NCBI GenBank assembly: GCA_020635455.1
Contig: JACJZT010000005.1
Location: 137,358 to 201,357, forward strand
Reading direction: 5' to 3'
Length of the DNA stretch: 64,000 nt
Source of the DNA: Flavobacteriales bacterium
GTDB lineage: Bacteria > Bacteroidota > Bacteroidia > NS11-12g > UBA9320
Numbering within the stretch: the first letter of the stretch is position 1; every line of letters begins with the position of its first letter. The position numbers and the translations under genes are program-made. The notes under the pieces are model-generated. The model was not told where the DNA came from, did not search any database, and worked only from the letters and a program-made list of their open reading frames with translations. Positions 19,665 to 28,286 of this stretch are shown here, one piece after another.

Positions 19665-19866
19665 AACCATAACCTATTTATTTCTGCTGTTAGTTCTGGC
19701 ATCCTGCAAAACGGTAGCTCCATACGAAAGCATGTATATCAACGATGAAGAAATGCAAATGGAAGGCAGAGCAGACCAAAATTTTGAAACATATATTTAC
19801 AGTATCCGTGAAGGCGGGACTTCCTCGGGTGCACCTAAATCAAGTGGTGGTTGTGGCTGTAATTAA
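19651..19866 (+). CDS. 71-aa lipoprotein, DUF4266-like, ending ..SSGGCGCN
   Basis: TTG start. Signal peptide plus lipobox LLLVLAS|C. Conserved-looking C-terminal GGCGC. It overlaps the apbE stop by 14 nt. Confidence 0.6.
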   Translation: MKTLKTITYLFLLLVLASCKTVAPYESMYINDEEMQMEGRADQNFETYIYSIREGGTSSGAPKSSGGCGCN

Positions 19867-19901
19867 GACATAATGGAAGATTTAAAGAATAAGTTGAGTT
19901 A

Positions 19902-20669
19902 TTAAAGGTTTTTATTCTTAAAAATTTTTTGTGCAAATACCACGGGGATCAATATCCAAAGCAGCATTACAAGTGTTGAAAAAATCATTCCAAAACCGGA
20001 GCCAAAGAATTTTTTATAAACGGCACCTGTAAGTCCCATCAGTGCGGAAATATCCATTTTCATTAATATTAGTATCCTGGCCATATCGATAGGGTTAAAG
20101 GATGCCATGGCAAGAACTGCCTTTTCAAGTGGATATTCACTAAAAAAGAAAAGAATACCCAAAATCAATGAATCGTAAATAACAGAAAAGAAAAACCAAA
20201 CAATGAGAGAGATCCCAATTCCCCTTGATTTGTCGCGTGTTAGCACTGATACAAGAAAGGCCAGTGAAACAAAAGAAACAGACAGCGCTATGCTTGAAAG
20301 TAGTAAAATTAATCCGGTTGCATTTGCCGAATACAAAGCCACCGGTATACCTAAACTAAGGCTTATTGAAAGAACCCAAGATCCGGCAACTCCAAAATAT
20401 TCACCCATTATTATTGCTTTTCTGCTGATGGGTTGTGAGACCAAAAGCTCTATAAATTCATACGAATTGTAGAAATAAATAGTGGTAAATATCATGCTTA
20501 CAAGTGGGACGATAATTAAAACAATGCTCATCAAACTTATTAAGCTTTTTGAAGGATCGTCTTGCATCATGAACAAGCTAAAGGCCATTAAGGCAAGGAA
20601 AAGAGTAAAAAACAAAAGAATTTTGTTGCGCAAAATGTCATAAATAACATACTTGATAATTTTAAGCAA
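19902..20669 (-). CDS. nosY: ABC-2 permease NosY
   Basis: 255 aa with 6 hydrophobic helices. Its start overlaps the nosF stop by 8 nt. It is the last gene of the nos operon. Confidence 0.8.
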   Translation of the reverse strand: MLKIIKYVIYDILRNKILLFFTLFLALMAFSLFMMQDDPSKSLISLMSIVLIIVPLVSMIFTTIYFYNSYEFIELLVSQPISRKAIIMGEYFGVAGSWVLSISLSLGIPVALYSANATGLILLLSSIALSVSFVSLAFLVSVLTRDKSRGIGISLIVWFFFSVIYDSLILGILFFFSEYPLEKAVLAMASFNPIDMARILILMKMDISALMGLTGAVYKKFFGSGFGMIFSTLVMLLWILIPVVFAQKIFKNKNL

Positions 20670-21375
20670 GGTTTCCTCCTTTCATTATTCTGGCTATAGC
20701 CTTACTTAAAGATTTTTCACCCGTTCTTTCTTTTAACTCTTCAATGGTCGAATGAAAATTGATCATTCCATCGTACAAATACACTATATTATCAGATAGT
20801 TCTTCAACCTCACTTAAAAGGTGAGAAGTAATGAGTATAAGTTTTCCGGCATTTCGTGCTTTCAAGGTTTTCGCCTTAAGAATTTCAGAGGCCAGAGGGT
20901 CGAGTCCTGCAGTTGGCTCGTCTAATATTAACACTGCAGGATCAAATAAATAGGCAATGGCAGCACTTACTTTTTGTGTTGTCCCACCGGATAAGGTTCT
21001 AAGAGGTTTATTGAAAATGGACTTCAATTCGTAGGCTTCGAGTAGTTCTTCATCCAGAATTCTTCCATTATGTCTGAGGTCCTTTAACATTTCAAAAATC
21101 TGACCTACCTTCATATTATCCGGATAGTGACCAATTTGTGGCATGTAACCAATTTCAGAACGATAATGGTGTCCGGTCAGTATGGACGAGTCGTTATAAT
21201 ATATGTTGCCTGAATCAGGTATAACCATACCAAGAATACACTTAATTAAGGTTGTTTTACCGGAACCGTTATGACCTATTATGGTTACGATCTTCCCTCC
21301 GCCAAAGGAAGTATGAATGTCCTTTAAAACTTCAAGGTTTCCAAATCTTTTACTTAAATGTTCAATACGTATCAT
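20662..21375 (-). CDS. nosF: ABC ATPase NosF
   Basis: Walker A GHNGSGKTT, signature LSGGTTQK, Walker B LILDEPTAGLD. ATGA overlap with nosD. Confidence 0.85.
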   Translation of the reverse strand: MIRIEHLSKRFGNLEVLKDIHTSFGGGKIVTIIGHNGSGKTTLIKCILGMVIPDSGNIYYNDSSILTGHHYRSEIGYMPQIGHYPDNMKVGQIFEMLKDLRHNGRILDEELLEAYELKSIFNKPLRTLSGGTTQKVSAAIAYLFDPAVLILDEPTAGLDPLASEILKAKTLKARNAGKLILITSHLLSEVEELSDNIVYLYDGMINFHSTIEELKERTGEKSLSKAIARIMKGGNLA

Positions 21376-22628
21376 CTTGCAATCCTCGTCATTACCGGGT
21401 GATTATCCTGAAATGCCTGAGGAGTGATATACGGAATATTCTTTTCGGCAATATCGATCAGATAAACAATAAAACTTCTAAGTAGGATTACTGCAAACGG
21501 AACCTGTTCAATTAACATTGAATACAAACTTACCGGATTGAAGGAAATATCACCAACTTTATCGTGATTTAAATCGTAACCTTCATACTTGTCCCAATAA
21601 TTGAAATCAAAGCTGTTTAGTTCAAGCTGACCATTGGTTGATGCATCGAAAGTATTTCCCGAGAAATTATTATGATAAAAAGTGTCCTGAATGCAATTCG
21701 CCCAGATTTTTAAGGCAAATCCATTCATGGTAAAATCATTGTTATTAAAATTAATTCGAGAAGAACCTTCCATGGTAATACCAACCGTATTGTTGTAAAA
21801 TGAATTATTATGGATCTTACTGTCTTTAATGTCTTTTAACAATAAACCATAGGATGCGTCTCCCCAGTTTTCTTCGAATCTGTTTGATATCATGCTTACA
21901 TTTTTAGTGTACATAACAGCAACCCCGGTTCCATTATTTCTGAAAATATTTTTTTCATAAACATCATCATCCGAAAACATAAAATGCAGACCATATCTAA
22001 AATTTTTTTCGGAAAGATTGTTCTCGATTCTGCAATGTTTTGCAAATTCAAAGTATACTCCATCCCGATGACCTGATAAATGGTTACCTCGGATAAGAAT
22101 ACTATCGCATTTCCAAAGATGTATGCCGTTTCCGGAATTACTTTGTCCACCATTCTTTCCTTTGCTGGAATTATCAATTATTTGTACGTTTCTGGAATCA
22201 CTGATGTAAATCCCAAAGAACATTTCTGATAGATCGCAATTGTGGATTCTTATATGTTTAGACTTTTGAATTCTGATTCCCGCAAAGTCTTTCAAATTGC
22301 CGGTTGCAGAGTTAATAAGTTTAAAACCTGAAACGGTAACATGATTTGATTGGATAATTAAGATATCGTCCTTATTAAAACCGTTAAGTAAAACTTCACC
22401 TACCCCTATCAAAGTAAGGGGTTTATTGACAAAAGTATTCACTGAACTGTACATTCCGCTACTTACTAGTATGGTATCAAAGGGTTTACTAAATCGAATT
22501 GCATCCTTTAAGGTTTGAAAATTGCCATTTTTGTCTACCCGGATCGTATTTCCATTAGTTACAATAGTCAATGAGACCATAAATAAGATCAATAAAATTC
22601 TATTCATTTGATATTTTCTTAAACTCAT
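21372..22628 (-). CDS. nosD: periplasmic copper-processing beta-helix protein NosD
   Basis: Repeated parallel beta-helix (CASH) repeats such as ..N.I.GN...GI.L. Signal peptide. An alternative ATG at 22607 (MNRILLILFM..) gives a cleaner signal peptide. Confidence 0.85.
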   Translation of the reverse strand: MSLRKYQMNRILLILFMVSLTIVTNGNTIRVDKNGNFQTLKDAIRFSKPFDTILVSSGMYSSVNTFVNKPLTLIGVGEVLLNGFNKDDILIIQSNHVTVSGFKLINSATGNLKDFAGIRIQKSKHIRIHNCDLSEMFFGIYISDSRNVQIIDNSSKGKNGGQSNSGNGIHLWKCDSILIRGNHLSGHRDGVYFEFAKHCRIENNLSEKNFRYGLHFMFSDDDVYEKNIFRNNGTGVAVMYTKNVSMISNRFEENWGDASYGLLLKDIKDSKIHNNSFYNNTVGITMEGSSRINFNNNDFTMNGFALKIWANCIQDTFYHNNFSGNTFDASTNGQLELNSFDFNYWDKYEGYDLNHDKVGDISFNPVSLYSMLIEQVPFAVILLRSFIVYLIDIAEKNIPYITPQAFQDNHPVMTRIAR

Positions 22629-23028
22629 TCCAATCTAATTTTTCAGCCTTAAATTTTGATAAAAGCTCATTAGCTTCCTGATCAGTGCTTACCGACAATA
22701 ATTTTCCTCCCATAGGACTTTTGATAGAACCACCGAACAAAAAAAAGGACTCTTCAGCATTGATAAGATTTCCAGGTTTAGAATAATTGACGGTATAAAA
22801 TTCAACGGGTTTAAATTTAGAATCATCCGTTAAAAACCTTAAAAGACATTCGTCAGAGTCAAATTTAATCATCTTACCTTTACTGTTTACCAGCAGTGCC
22901 CCAAAATGCTTGTCCATAATGATCATCATACAATGAAAACACTGATCGTGGCCAAATTCGATATGGGGCTTGGTTTTTGTACAGGAATGAAAAAATAAGC
23001 TAGTTAAAATCAAAATTACCAATCTCAT
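22600..23028 (-). CDS. nosL: copper chaperone lipoprotein NosL
   Basis: Lipobox FFHS|C, then the NosL core CFHCMMII.DKHFGA....KGK...FDS.ECL. Confidence 0.8.
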   Translation of the reverse strand: MRLVILILTSLFFHSCTKTKPHIEFGHDQCFHCMMIIMDKHFGALLVNSKGKMIKFDSDECLLRFLTDDSKFKPVEFYTVNYSKPGNLINAEESFFLFGGSIKSPMGGKLLSVSTDQEANELLSKFKAEKLDWNEFKKISNE

Positions 23029-23618
23029 GCTATCTTCTCCTTTCGTAAATATTGTTCATAAAAGAGAACGAATACAATAATAAAGGCAGGTACTATTATA
23101 AGTAATCCTCCAATGTCCGGAAAAGATCCTGCCAAAAAATTCAAAAGTTGCTTCCACCCAAATAATGGAGGTTGGTACACCATCCCCGGTATTTTAATGG
23201 CAGCATGCGGATCGAGATTATGACCATATTCGTATTCCCACTGCCAGAAATCATATACCCCCCAAACCCCACAAAGGATCAAATACAAAGAATTAATCCA
23301 TAAAAACAATCGTTTTCGTATTATAAATACAAGAATGGATAGCGCTGCCATAGCATAAATCATGTATGGCATATACTTAAATTCAGAAAAATATTCTTCC
23401 TTTATCAACCCCATTCCAATGTAATGATTCAGACCGTTTATTTTGTCAACATCTCCACCAAGTTTATGACTCCAGATTTCCAGTTTTAAACCTTCCGGAT
23501 ACTGTGGTGCCTCTAATTGAATTTGCCAGACCGGTAAAAAATTGGACGGTATCATACTTAAACCGCATATTAGTACTACCCAGGCCGAAAATTTGTGTAT
23601 TGACTTCATTTTTAACAT
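23025..23618 (-). CDS. nosB: 4-TM membrane protein in the nosB position
   Basis: 197 aa with about four hydrophobic helices, directly downstream of a Sec-type nosZ. ATGA overlap with nosL. The assignment rests on position and topology only. Confidence 0.5.
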   Translation of the reverse strand: MLKMKSIHKFSAWVVLICGLSMIPSNFLPVWQIQLEAPQYPEGLKLEIWSHKLGGDVDKINGLNHYIGMGLIKEEYFSEFKYMPYMIYAMAALSILVFIIRKRLFLWINSLYLILCGVWGVYDFWQWEYEYGHNLDPHAAIKIPGMVYQPPLFGWKQLLNFLAGSFPDIGGLLIIVPAFIIVFVLFYEQYLRKEKIA

Positions 23619-23673
23619 CTTTTTATACGTGGAAATTATCTCTGTAATAATTCAGCTCACTTTAAAAATATAA

Positions 23674-23704
23674 TAAAAAAAGGAAGGGTAAAATTTCCCT
23701 TCCT
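23674..23704 (-). terminator. intrinsic terminator or attenuator between nosZ and nosB
   Basis: On the minus strand, AGGAAGGG-aaatttta-CCCTTCCT forms an 8-bp stem followed by TTTTTT. It lies 18 nt after the nosZ stop. Confidence 0.6.
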
Positions 23705-23721
23705 TTTATACCAAACCGGGA

Positions 23722-25695
23722 TTAATTGGTTTCTTCTCCGGTTGAAAACTTTATGGGTGTTGCTGAACCACTTGGCGAAACTCTCACGTATCCCTGCATT
23801 TCCTGATGAAGTGCCGAGCAAAAATCTGTACAGTAAAAAGGGAAAATACCCACTCTGTCAGGAGTCCATTTATACGTTTGTGTTTCACCTGGCATAATCA
23901 AAAGCTCTGCATTTGAAGCACCTTTAATCGTAAATCCATGAGGAACATCCCAATCCTGTTCAAGGTTGGTAACGTGGAAATAAACTACGTCACCAAGTTT
24001 TACGCCTTCAATGTTATCAGGAACAAAGTGAGAACGCATGGATGTCATATAAATATGAATGTTAATTCCCTCCCGAACCACTTTTGCATCTTTTTCGAGT
24101 TTGGTTACATATTTATGATTGTTTTCACTTAGCTTGTAAAAACGTTTTTCATTCTTTACAATTTTTTCAGCAGCACAAGCCTGTGCATAATGGGGTTCAC
24201 CTACGGTTGGGAAATCAAGAAGGAGTTTCATTTTATCGCCTGAAATGTCATAAAGCTGCGCGGACTGGGTTAGTTCAGGCCCGGTTGGTAAATAACGATC
24301 TTTGGTGATTTTGTTTAAGGCAATTACGTATTTACCTAATGGGTTTATACAATCGCCTTCAGGAACACATAAATGTCCAATTGAGTAATAGGTAGGTACA
24401 CGATCAAGAATTTCCTGAGTTTCAACCTTCCATTTTACAATTTCAGAGGAAACAAAGAATGAAGTATATGCATTTCCTTTTCCGTCAAACTCGGTGTGCA
24501 AGGGCCCTAAACCTGGTTTTTCAACCTCGCCTTTAAGCGCCGATTCGTATTTGATTACGGGTATACCGTCAAAATTTCCTTCATAATCTTTAGATTCAAT
24601 AGCTTTAAGGATTTTGGAAAACGAATATACCGGAACAACTGCTGCAAGTTTTCCTGAAGCTGCAATGTATTCCCCTGTTGGATCCACATCACAACCATGA
24701 GGAGATTTAGGGCAAGGAATATAATAACATATACCGGGCAGATCCTTCACATCAAGAACATTTACGGTATTGACCATTTCAGAAATGGTATTCTGGGTAT
24801 TTTCATCCCAATAATTATGGGCATATTTAACCGGCATGGTAGAAGCTTTACCGGCTGACAAGTATTCTTCCGCCTTTTTCCAGTTAACGGCCATAATAAA
24901 GTCCTTGTCACGCTGACTCGCACCAACTTCCAGTAAGGTATGTGCTTTTTCCGTATTATAACAACTTAAAAATACCCATCCATGACTTTTTGCTTTTCCG
25001 GCTCTTGACAGGTCATAATCGACCCCCGGAACAAGTAACTGAAAACTAAGATTCATGCGACCTGATTTTGGATCCACCTTTACAAAGGATACTGTACCTT
25101 TAAATTTATCCTTATACTCTGCAATCGGGGCTTCGCCGTCTTTGTCGTATGGAACTGAAAATCTTGAAGCACCCACAACATACTCAGTATTCTGAGTTAA
25201 AAACGGTGATGCATGATTACCACCGCAGTTTGGAAGTTCTATAATTTCTTCCGTTCTGAATGTTGACAAACTAGAGCGTGCTATTCTCGGCGTGTTGTTT
25301 GCGTTAATAAAAATCCAACGACCGTCGGCATTACCATCCGTTTTTGATAGCTGGGGATGATGACTGTCATCCCATGGAACCCAACCATGAGAAGTATTTA
25401 ACATTCCCTTTGTTTCTTCAGAAAATCCATAACCAGTTTGAGGGTCAGCACTAAAAACTCCCATTTCCTTCAAGAGCCTTCCCGAGGGTAAGCCATACAC
25501 TCCTATCTGCCCACTGAATCCTCCGGAAGTAAACAAATAGAGTTCATCTTTTTTACCGGGAGCTACATATACTTTTTCAGCTGCATTTCCAGAAATGGCT
25601 GAATCCACTTTTTTTGGTTTGCAGCCAAACATGAAATAAGCAATTGTAATTACTCCTGTAATGGTTAGTACACTTTTAAAAATTTTTTTATTCAT
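23722..25695 (-). CDS. nosZ: Sec-dependent (clade II) nitrous-oxide reductase
   Basis: No twin-arginine in the leader (MNKKIFKSVLTITGVITIAYFMFGC). CuZ-region motif WDDSHHPQ. C-terminal CuA site HGF...CTDFCSALHQEM. Confidence 0.95.
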   Translation of the reverse strand: MNKKIFKSVLTITGVITIAYFMFGCKPKKVDSAISGNAAEKVYVAPGKKDELYLFTSGGFSGQIGVYGLPSGRLLKEMGVFSADPQTGYGFSEETKGMLNTSHGWVPWDDSHHPQLSKTDGNADGRWIFINANNTPRIARSSLSTFRTEEIIELPNCGGNHASPFLTQNTEYVVGASRFSVPYDKDGEAPIAEYKDKFKGTVSFVKVDPKSGRMNLSFQLLVPGVDYDLSRAGKAKSHGWVFLSCYNTEKAHTLLEVGASQRDKDFIMAVNWKKAEEYLSAGKASTMPVKYAHNYWDENTQNTISEMVNTVNVLDVKDLPGICYYIPCPKSPHGCDVDPTGEYIAASGKLAAVVPVYSFSKILKAIESKDYEGNFDGIPVIKYESALKGEVEKPGLGPLHTEFDGKGNAYTSFFVSSEIVKWKVETQEILDRVPTYYSIGHLCVPEGDCINPLGKYVIALNKITKDRYLPTGPELTQSAQLYDISGDKMKLLLDFPTVGEPHYAQACAAEKIVKNEKRFYKLSENNHKYVTKLEKDAKVVREGINIHIYMTSMRSHFVPDNIEGVKLGDVVYFHVTNLEQDWDVPHGFTIKGASNAELLIMPGETQTYKWTPDRVGIFPFYCTDFCSALHQEMQGYVRVSPSGSATPIKFSTGEETN

Positions 25696-25723
25696 GATAT
25701 TAAAGATTAGTTTCGTTTAAGAT

Positions 25724-26203
25724 TTAATTACCTGCACCATCGACCATTCTAAGGTATTCGTAGATAGCCTTAGCATCGGCATCATTCACATCCTGAAAGG
25801 TCATTTGTGTCAAATGTTCTGCCAGTAAATCCTTGGCTGTAGGATCCTTTTGCGTCATTTCTACAGGATTAGTAATCATATTTAAGATCCATGCAGCTTT
25901 TCTTCTTTTGGTTATGCCCAATAAACCCGGACCTACAACTTTTTGATCGGTTATTTTATGACAGGCCAAACATTTGGCATCAAAAACAACTTTCCCCTTT
26001 TGAGCCAAATCCGCATTATATTCGGCTTCCACAAAATCTTTGTAATTTCCAATTCCCAAGCCATCATCGACCGGTTCGTCTTCAATCATACTTTGAGGCT
26101 GCTGGCCACTTTCCCCGTTCGTTTCATTTGCGCTTTTCTGACCACATGAAGCAATAGCCAGAATAAGAACGAATGTGGAGATTTGATCAATTAATTTTTT
26201 CAT
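25724..26203 (-). CDS. c-type cytochrome lipoprotein (probable electron donor to NosZ)
   Basis: Lipobox LAIAS|C, a single haem motif CLACH and a distal Met region. It lies 28 nt upstream of nosZ. Confidence 0.85.
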   Translation of the reverse strand: MKKLIDQISTFVLILAIASCGQKSANETNGESGQQPQSMIEDEPVDDGLGIGNYKDFVEAEYNADLAQKGKVVFDAKCLACHKITDQKVVGPGLLGITKRRKAAWILNMITNPVEMTQKDPTAKDLLAEHLTQMTFQDVNDADAKAIYEYLRMVDGAGN

Positions 26204-26223
26204 ATTCTTTAAATTATCGGACT

Positions 26224-26231
26224 CAAAGGTA
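26224..26231 (-). promoter_or_regulatory. -7 box (TACCTTTG) upstream of the cytochrome c-nosZ genes
   Basis: Plus-strand CAAAGGTA gives TAnnTTTG on the minus strand, 21 nt upstream of the cytochrome c ATG. Confidence 0.35.
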
Positions 26232-26261
26232 TGTCTGCATCTTATCTATGAAAGTGATATC

Positions 26262-26281
26262 TATCAGTGAATCAACTGATA
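26262..26281. promoter_or_regulatory. 20-bp perfect palindrome TATCAGT-gaatca-ACTGATA
   Basis: 7-bp arms with a 6-bp spacer. It is centred about 40 nt upstream of the -7 box, in the 160-nt gap between the Rrf2 gene and the cytochrome c gene. Confidence 0.4.
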
Positions 26282-26363
26282 AAAATCAATAAAGGACTTT
26301 ATTGTCTTTTATTAATGCGTATTTGTTAAATGAATTTCAGCAATGGAAGCTTTGTTTGATAAA

Positions 26364-26801
26364 TCAATTTACCAAGTACACTTCGTTTGAAAGAATTTTC
26401 TTTGAAAGTTCTTCTATACTTTGTGAACCCAGTAAATTTCTTATTGCTTTTCTGCAATCAAGTATTTCAAAATGCATTGGACAAGGTCTGGAGGATGAAC
26501 AGTTTTTAAGCCCCAAAGCACATGTATTTAATGACTCTTTACCGTCAATGGCATTCACAATATCCAATATAAAAATTGACTTTCGTTTACGTCCAATATA
26601 AAAACCACCTCCCGGCCCTTTAGCTGAACGAATGAGACCACGTTGAGAAAGCTTCTGAAGAATTTTAGCGGTAAAACTTACCGGTGATTTTATTTCCCGG
26701 GCTATTTCCGGAATTCCAATTTTAGCAAAACGATCTTGTTTGGTGTACAAATACAAAACCGCCTTTATTGCATATTCGCATGTTTTTGAAAAAATTTCCA
26801 T
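26364..26801 (-). CDS. Rrf2-family transcriptional regulator (three-Cys, Fe-S type)
   Basis: N-terminal wHTH (CEYAIKAVLYL...IPEIAREI..P..F.AKILQKL....I.S.KGPGGG) and a Cys cluster CALGLKNCSSSRPC. Confidence 0.85.
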   Translation of the reverse strand: MEIFSKTCEYAIKAVLYLYTKQDRFAKIGIPEIAREIKSPVSFTAKILQKLSQRGLIRSAKGPGGGFYIGRKRKSIFILDIVNAIDGKESLNTCALGLKNCSSSRPCPMHFEILDCRKAIRNLLGSQSIEELSKKILSNEVYLVN

Positions 26802-26878
26802 TTAGAATTTTCAAAATAATTAAAACCCAATGAAAAGTATTAAAGTATTTTCAAAAAAAAACACATTCCCTCTGACAC

Positions 26879-27328
26879 TTATATTATAAAGGCTGTATTG
26901 ATCTCCTCCAAAATAGAATTTATATATTTTAAAGATCTTCTACATGCCTCGATTCCTCCCTTTTTAAATTTTGGAATTTCTTTTTCAATTTTGGCAACTT
27001 TTTTAAAAAAAATTGCCCCGGCTTCTTTTTCCAACAGGGAATATTTCTTTATTCGTTCTACGTGCATTTCTAATAAATATCCAAATTCTTCGTATGCCTT
27101 CTTACTTTCATACTTTTTAGAATTCAAACGAGTAAAATTATCTACTGTATTATACAAAATGCGTAATTCTTCACTAGAAGAATTATCCAGTGTCCATTTT
27201 CCATTTTCCATTTCAGAAATAAAATCCCGGCTAGGTGAATCCTCTTCTTTTTCTCCTGCAGACATAGTGGTACAAGAATTACAAATTGAAAGAATTATAA
27301 ACACCAAAAATCTGAACTTACGATTCAT
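26879..27328 (-). CDS. hypothetical lipoprotein
   Basis: Signal peptide plus lipobox LSICNS|C, then a helical Lys/Glu-rich body. I prefer it over the overlapping plus-strand ORF 26898..27395, which has shadow-like composition. Confidence 0.45.
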   Translation of the reverse strand: MNRKFRFLVFIILSICNSCTTMSAGEKEEDSPSRDFISEMENGKWTLDNSSSEELRILYNTVDNFTRLNSKKYESKKAYEEFGYLLEMHVERIKKYSLLEKEAGAIFFKKVAKIEKEIPKFKKGGIEACRRSLKYINSILEEINTAFII

Positions 27329-27440
27329 ATATATTTATTTTATAAAAGACACAAAGCTCTTTTATTATTATTTAAAAAAACGTGACAAATATTAGCCTTC
27401 AGACATGACATTCATCATTTTCTTTATTATTTATCCAAAT

Positions 27441-27448
27441 TAATTTTG
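27441..27448 (+). promoter_or_regulatory. -7 box TAATTTTG upstream of the fasciclin gene
   Basis: Exact TAnnTTTG match, 43 nt upstream of the ATG at 27491. Confidence 0.3.
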
Positions 27449-27490
27449 TCCAGAACTTATAAAATAATTCAACCTTAAAAGAATGAAACT

Positions 27491-28048
27491 ATGGTAAAAA
27501 AAATCACAATTCTTGCCCTCGCCCTCACAATTTATTTTGGACTAAATTCCTGCAATGAATCATCAAATGTAAACGAAAGCAGTTCTTCAGAAGAAACTGA
27601 AAGTCTAACCGGCCAATCCGGCGTACAGGATGATGAATCGCAAAAGGATGTTGTTAAAATAGCAGTTGGTTCAAAAGACCATTCAACCTTGGTGGCCGCC
27701 GTACAAGCTGCCGAATACGTTGACGTATTGGCCAATGCCGGCCCTTTCACTGTATTCGCTCCAACCAATCAGGCTTTCGATAATTTACCGGCAGGTACGG
27801 TTGAGGGTTTACTAAAACCTGAGAAAAAAGCCGATCTGAGAAACATTTTGGAATACCATGTTTATGTTGGTGTTATTAAAACGGAAAGTATGAAGGATGG
27901 TCAGGTATTAAATCAGGCCAATCTGGGAAATGTAACCCTGGGGGTTAAAGATGGAAAATATACGGTTAATGGAGCCAATATAGTAGCGTCCATACCAGCT
28001 TCTAACGGTATTGTTCATGTGATAGATGCAGTTTTATTGCCCAAATAA
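27491..28048 (+). CDS. fasciclin (FAS1) domain lipoprotein
   Basis: Lipobox GLNS|C and FAS1 motifs GPFTVFAPTNQAF and NGIVHVIDAVLLP. Confidence 0.9.
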   Translation: MVKKITILALALTIYFGLNSCNESSNVNESSSSEETESLTGQSGVQDDESQKDVVKIAVGSKDHSTLVAAVQAAEYVDVLANAGPFTVFAPTNQAFDNLPAGTVEGLLKPEKKADLRNILEYHVYVGVIKTESMKDGQVLNQANLGNVTLGVKDGKYTVNGANIVASIPASNGIVHVIDAVLLPK

Positions 28049-28072
28049 TTTTAGTACTATTCAGTTAAACAG

Positions 28073-28096
28073 AACCCTCCCCGGAGGGTTTTTTTA
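28073..28096 (+). terminator. rho-independent terminator
   Basis: AACCCTC-cccg-GAGGGTT followed by TTTTT, 25 nt after the fasciclin stop. Confidence 0.7.
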
Positions 28097-28286
28097 TGGT
28101 TTTTTATGGTTTTTTATCACGCACGGACAATGTAAAAACATTTTAACCCGATAATCGATATTAACGTTATGCACCATCTTTTTTCATGTGCAATGTTTTT
28201 TCTAAGAACCATTTATTCTACTTTTTTAATTTTTATATCTAACATTGAACCATCCTATTAGGAGTTGATTTTTTATTTTCCAACAA

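Noticed and set aside
26898-27395. 165-aa plus-strand ORF overlapping the 149-aa lipoprotein gene
   Set aside because: It has no signal or motif and an AT-rich shadow composition. The minus-strand ORF has a proper signal peptide and lipobox.
28091-28120. Tandem decamer TTTTTATGGT x2.6 after the fasciclin terminator
   Set aside because: It is too short and has too few copies to be a CRISPR array or a meaningful microsatellite. It probably reflects slippage in the terminator's T-tract.
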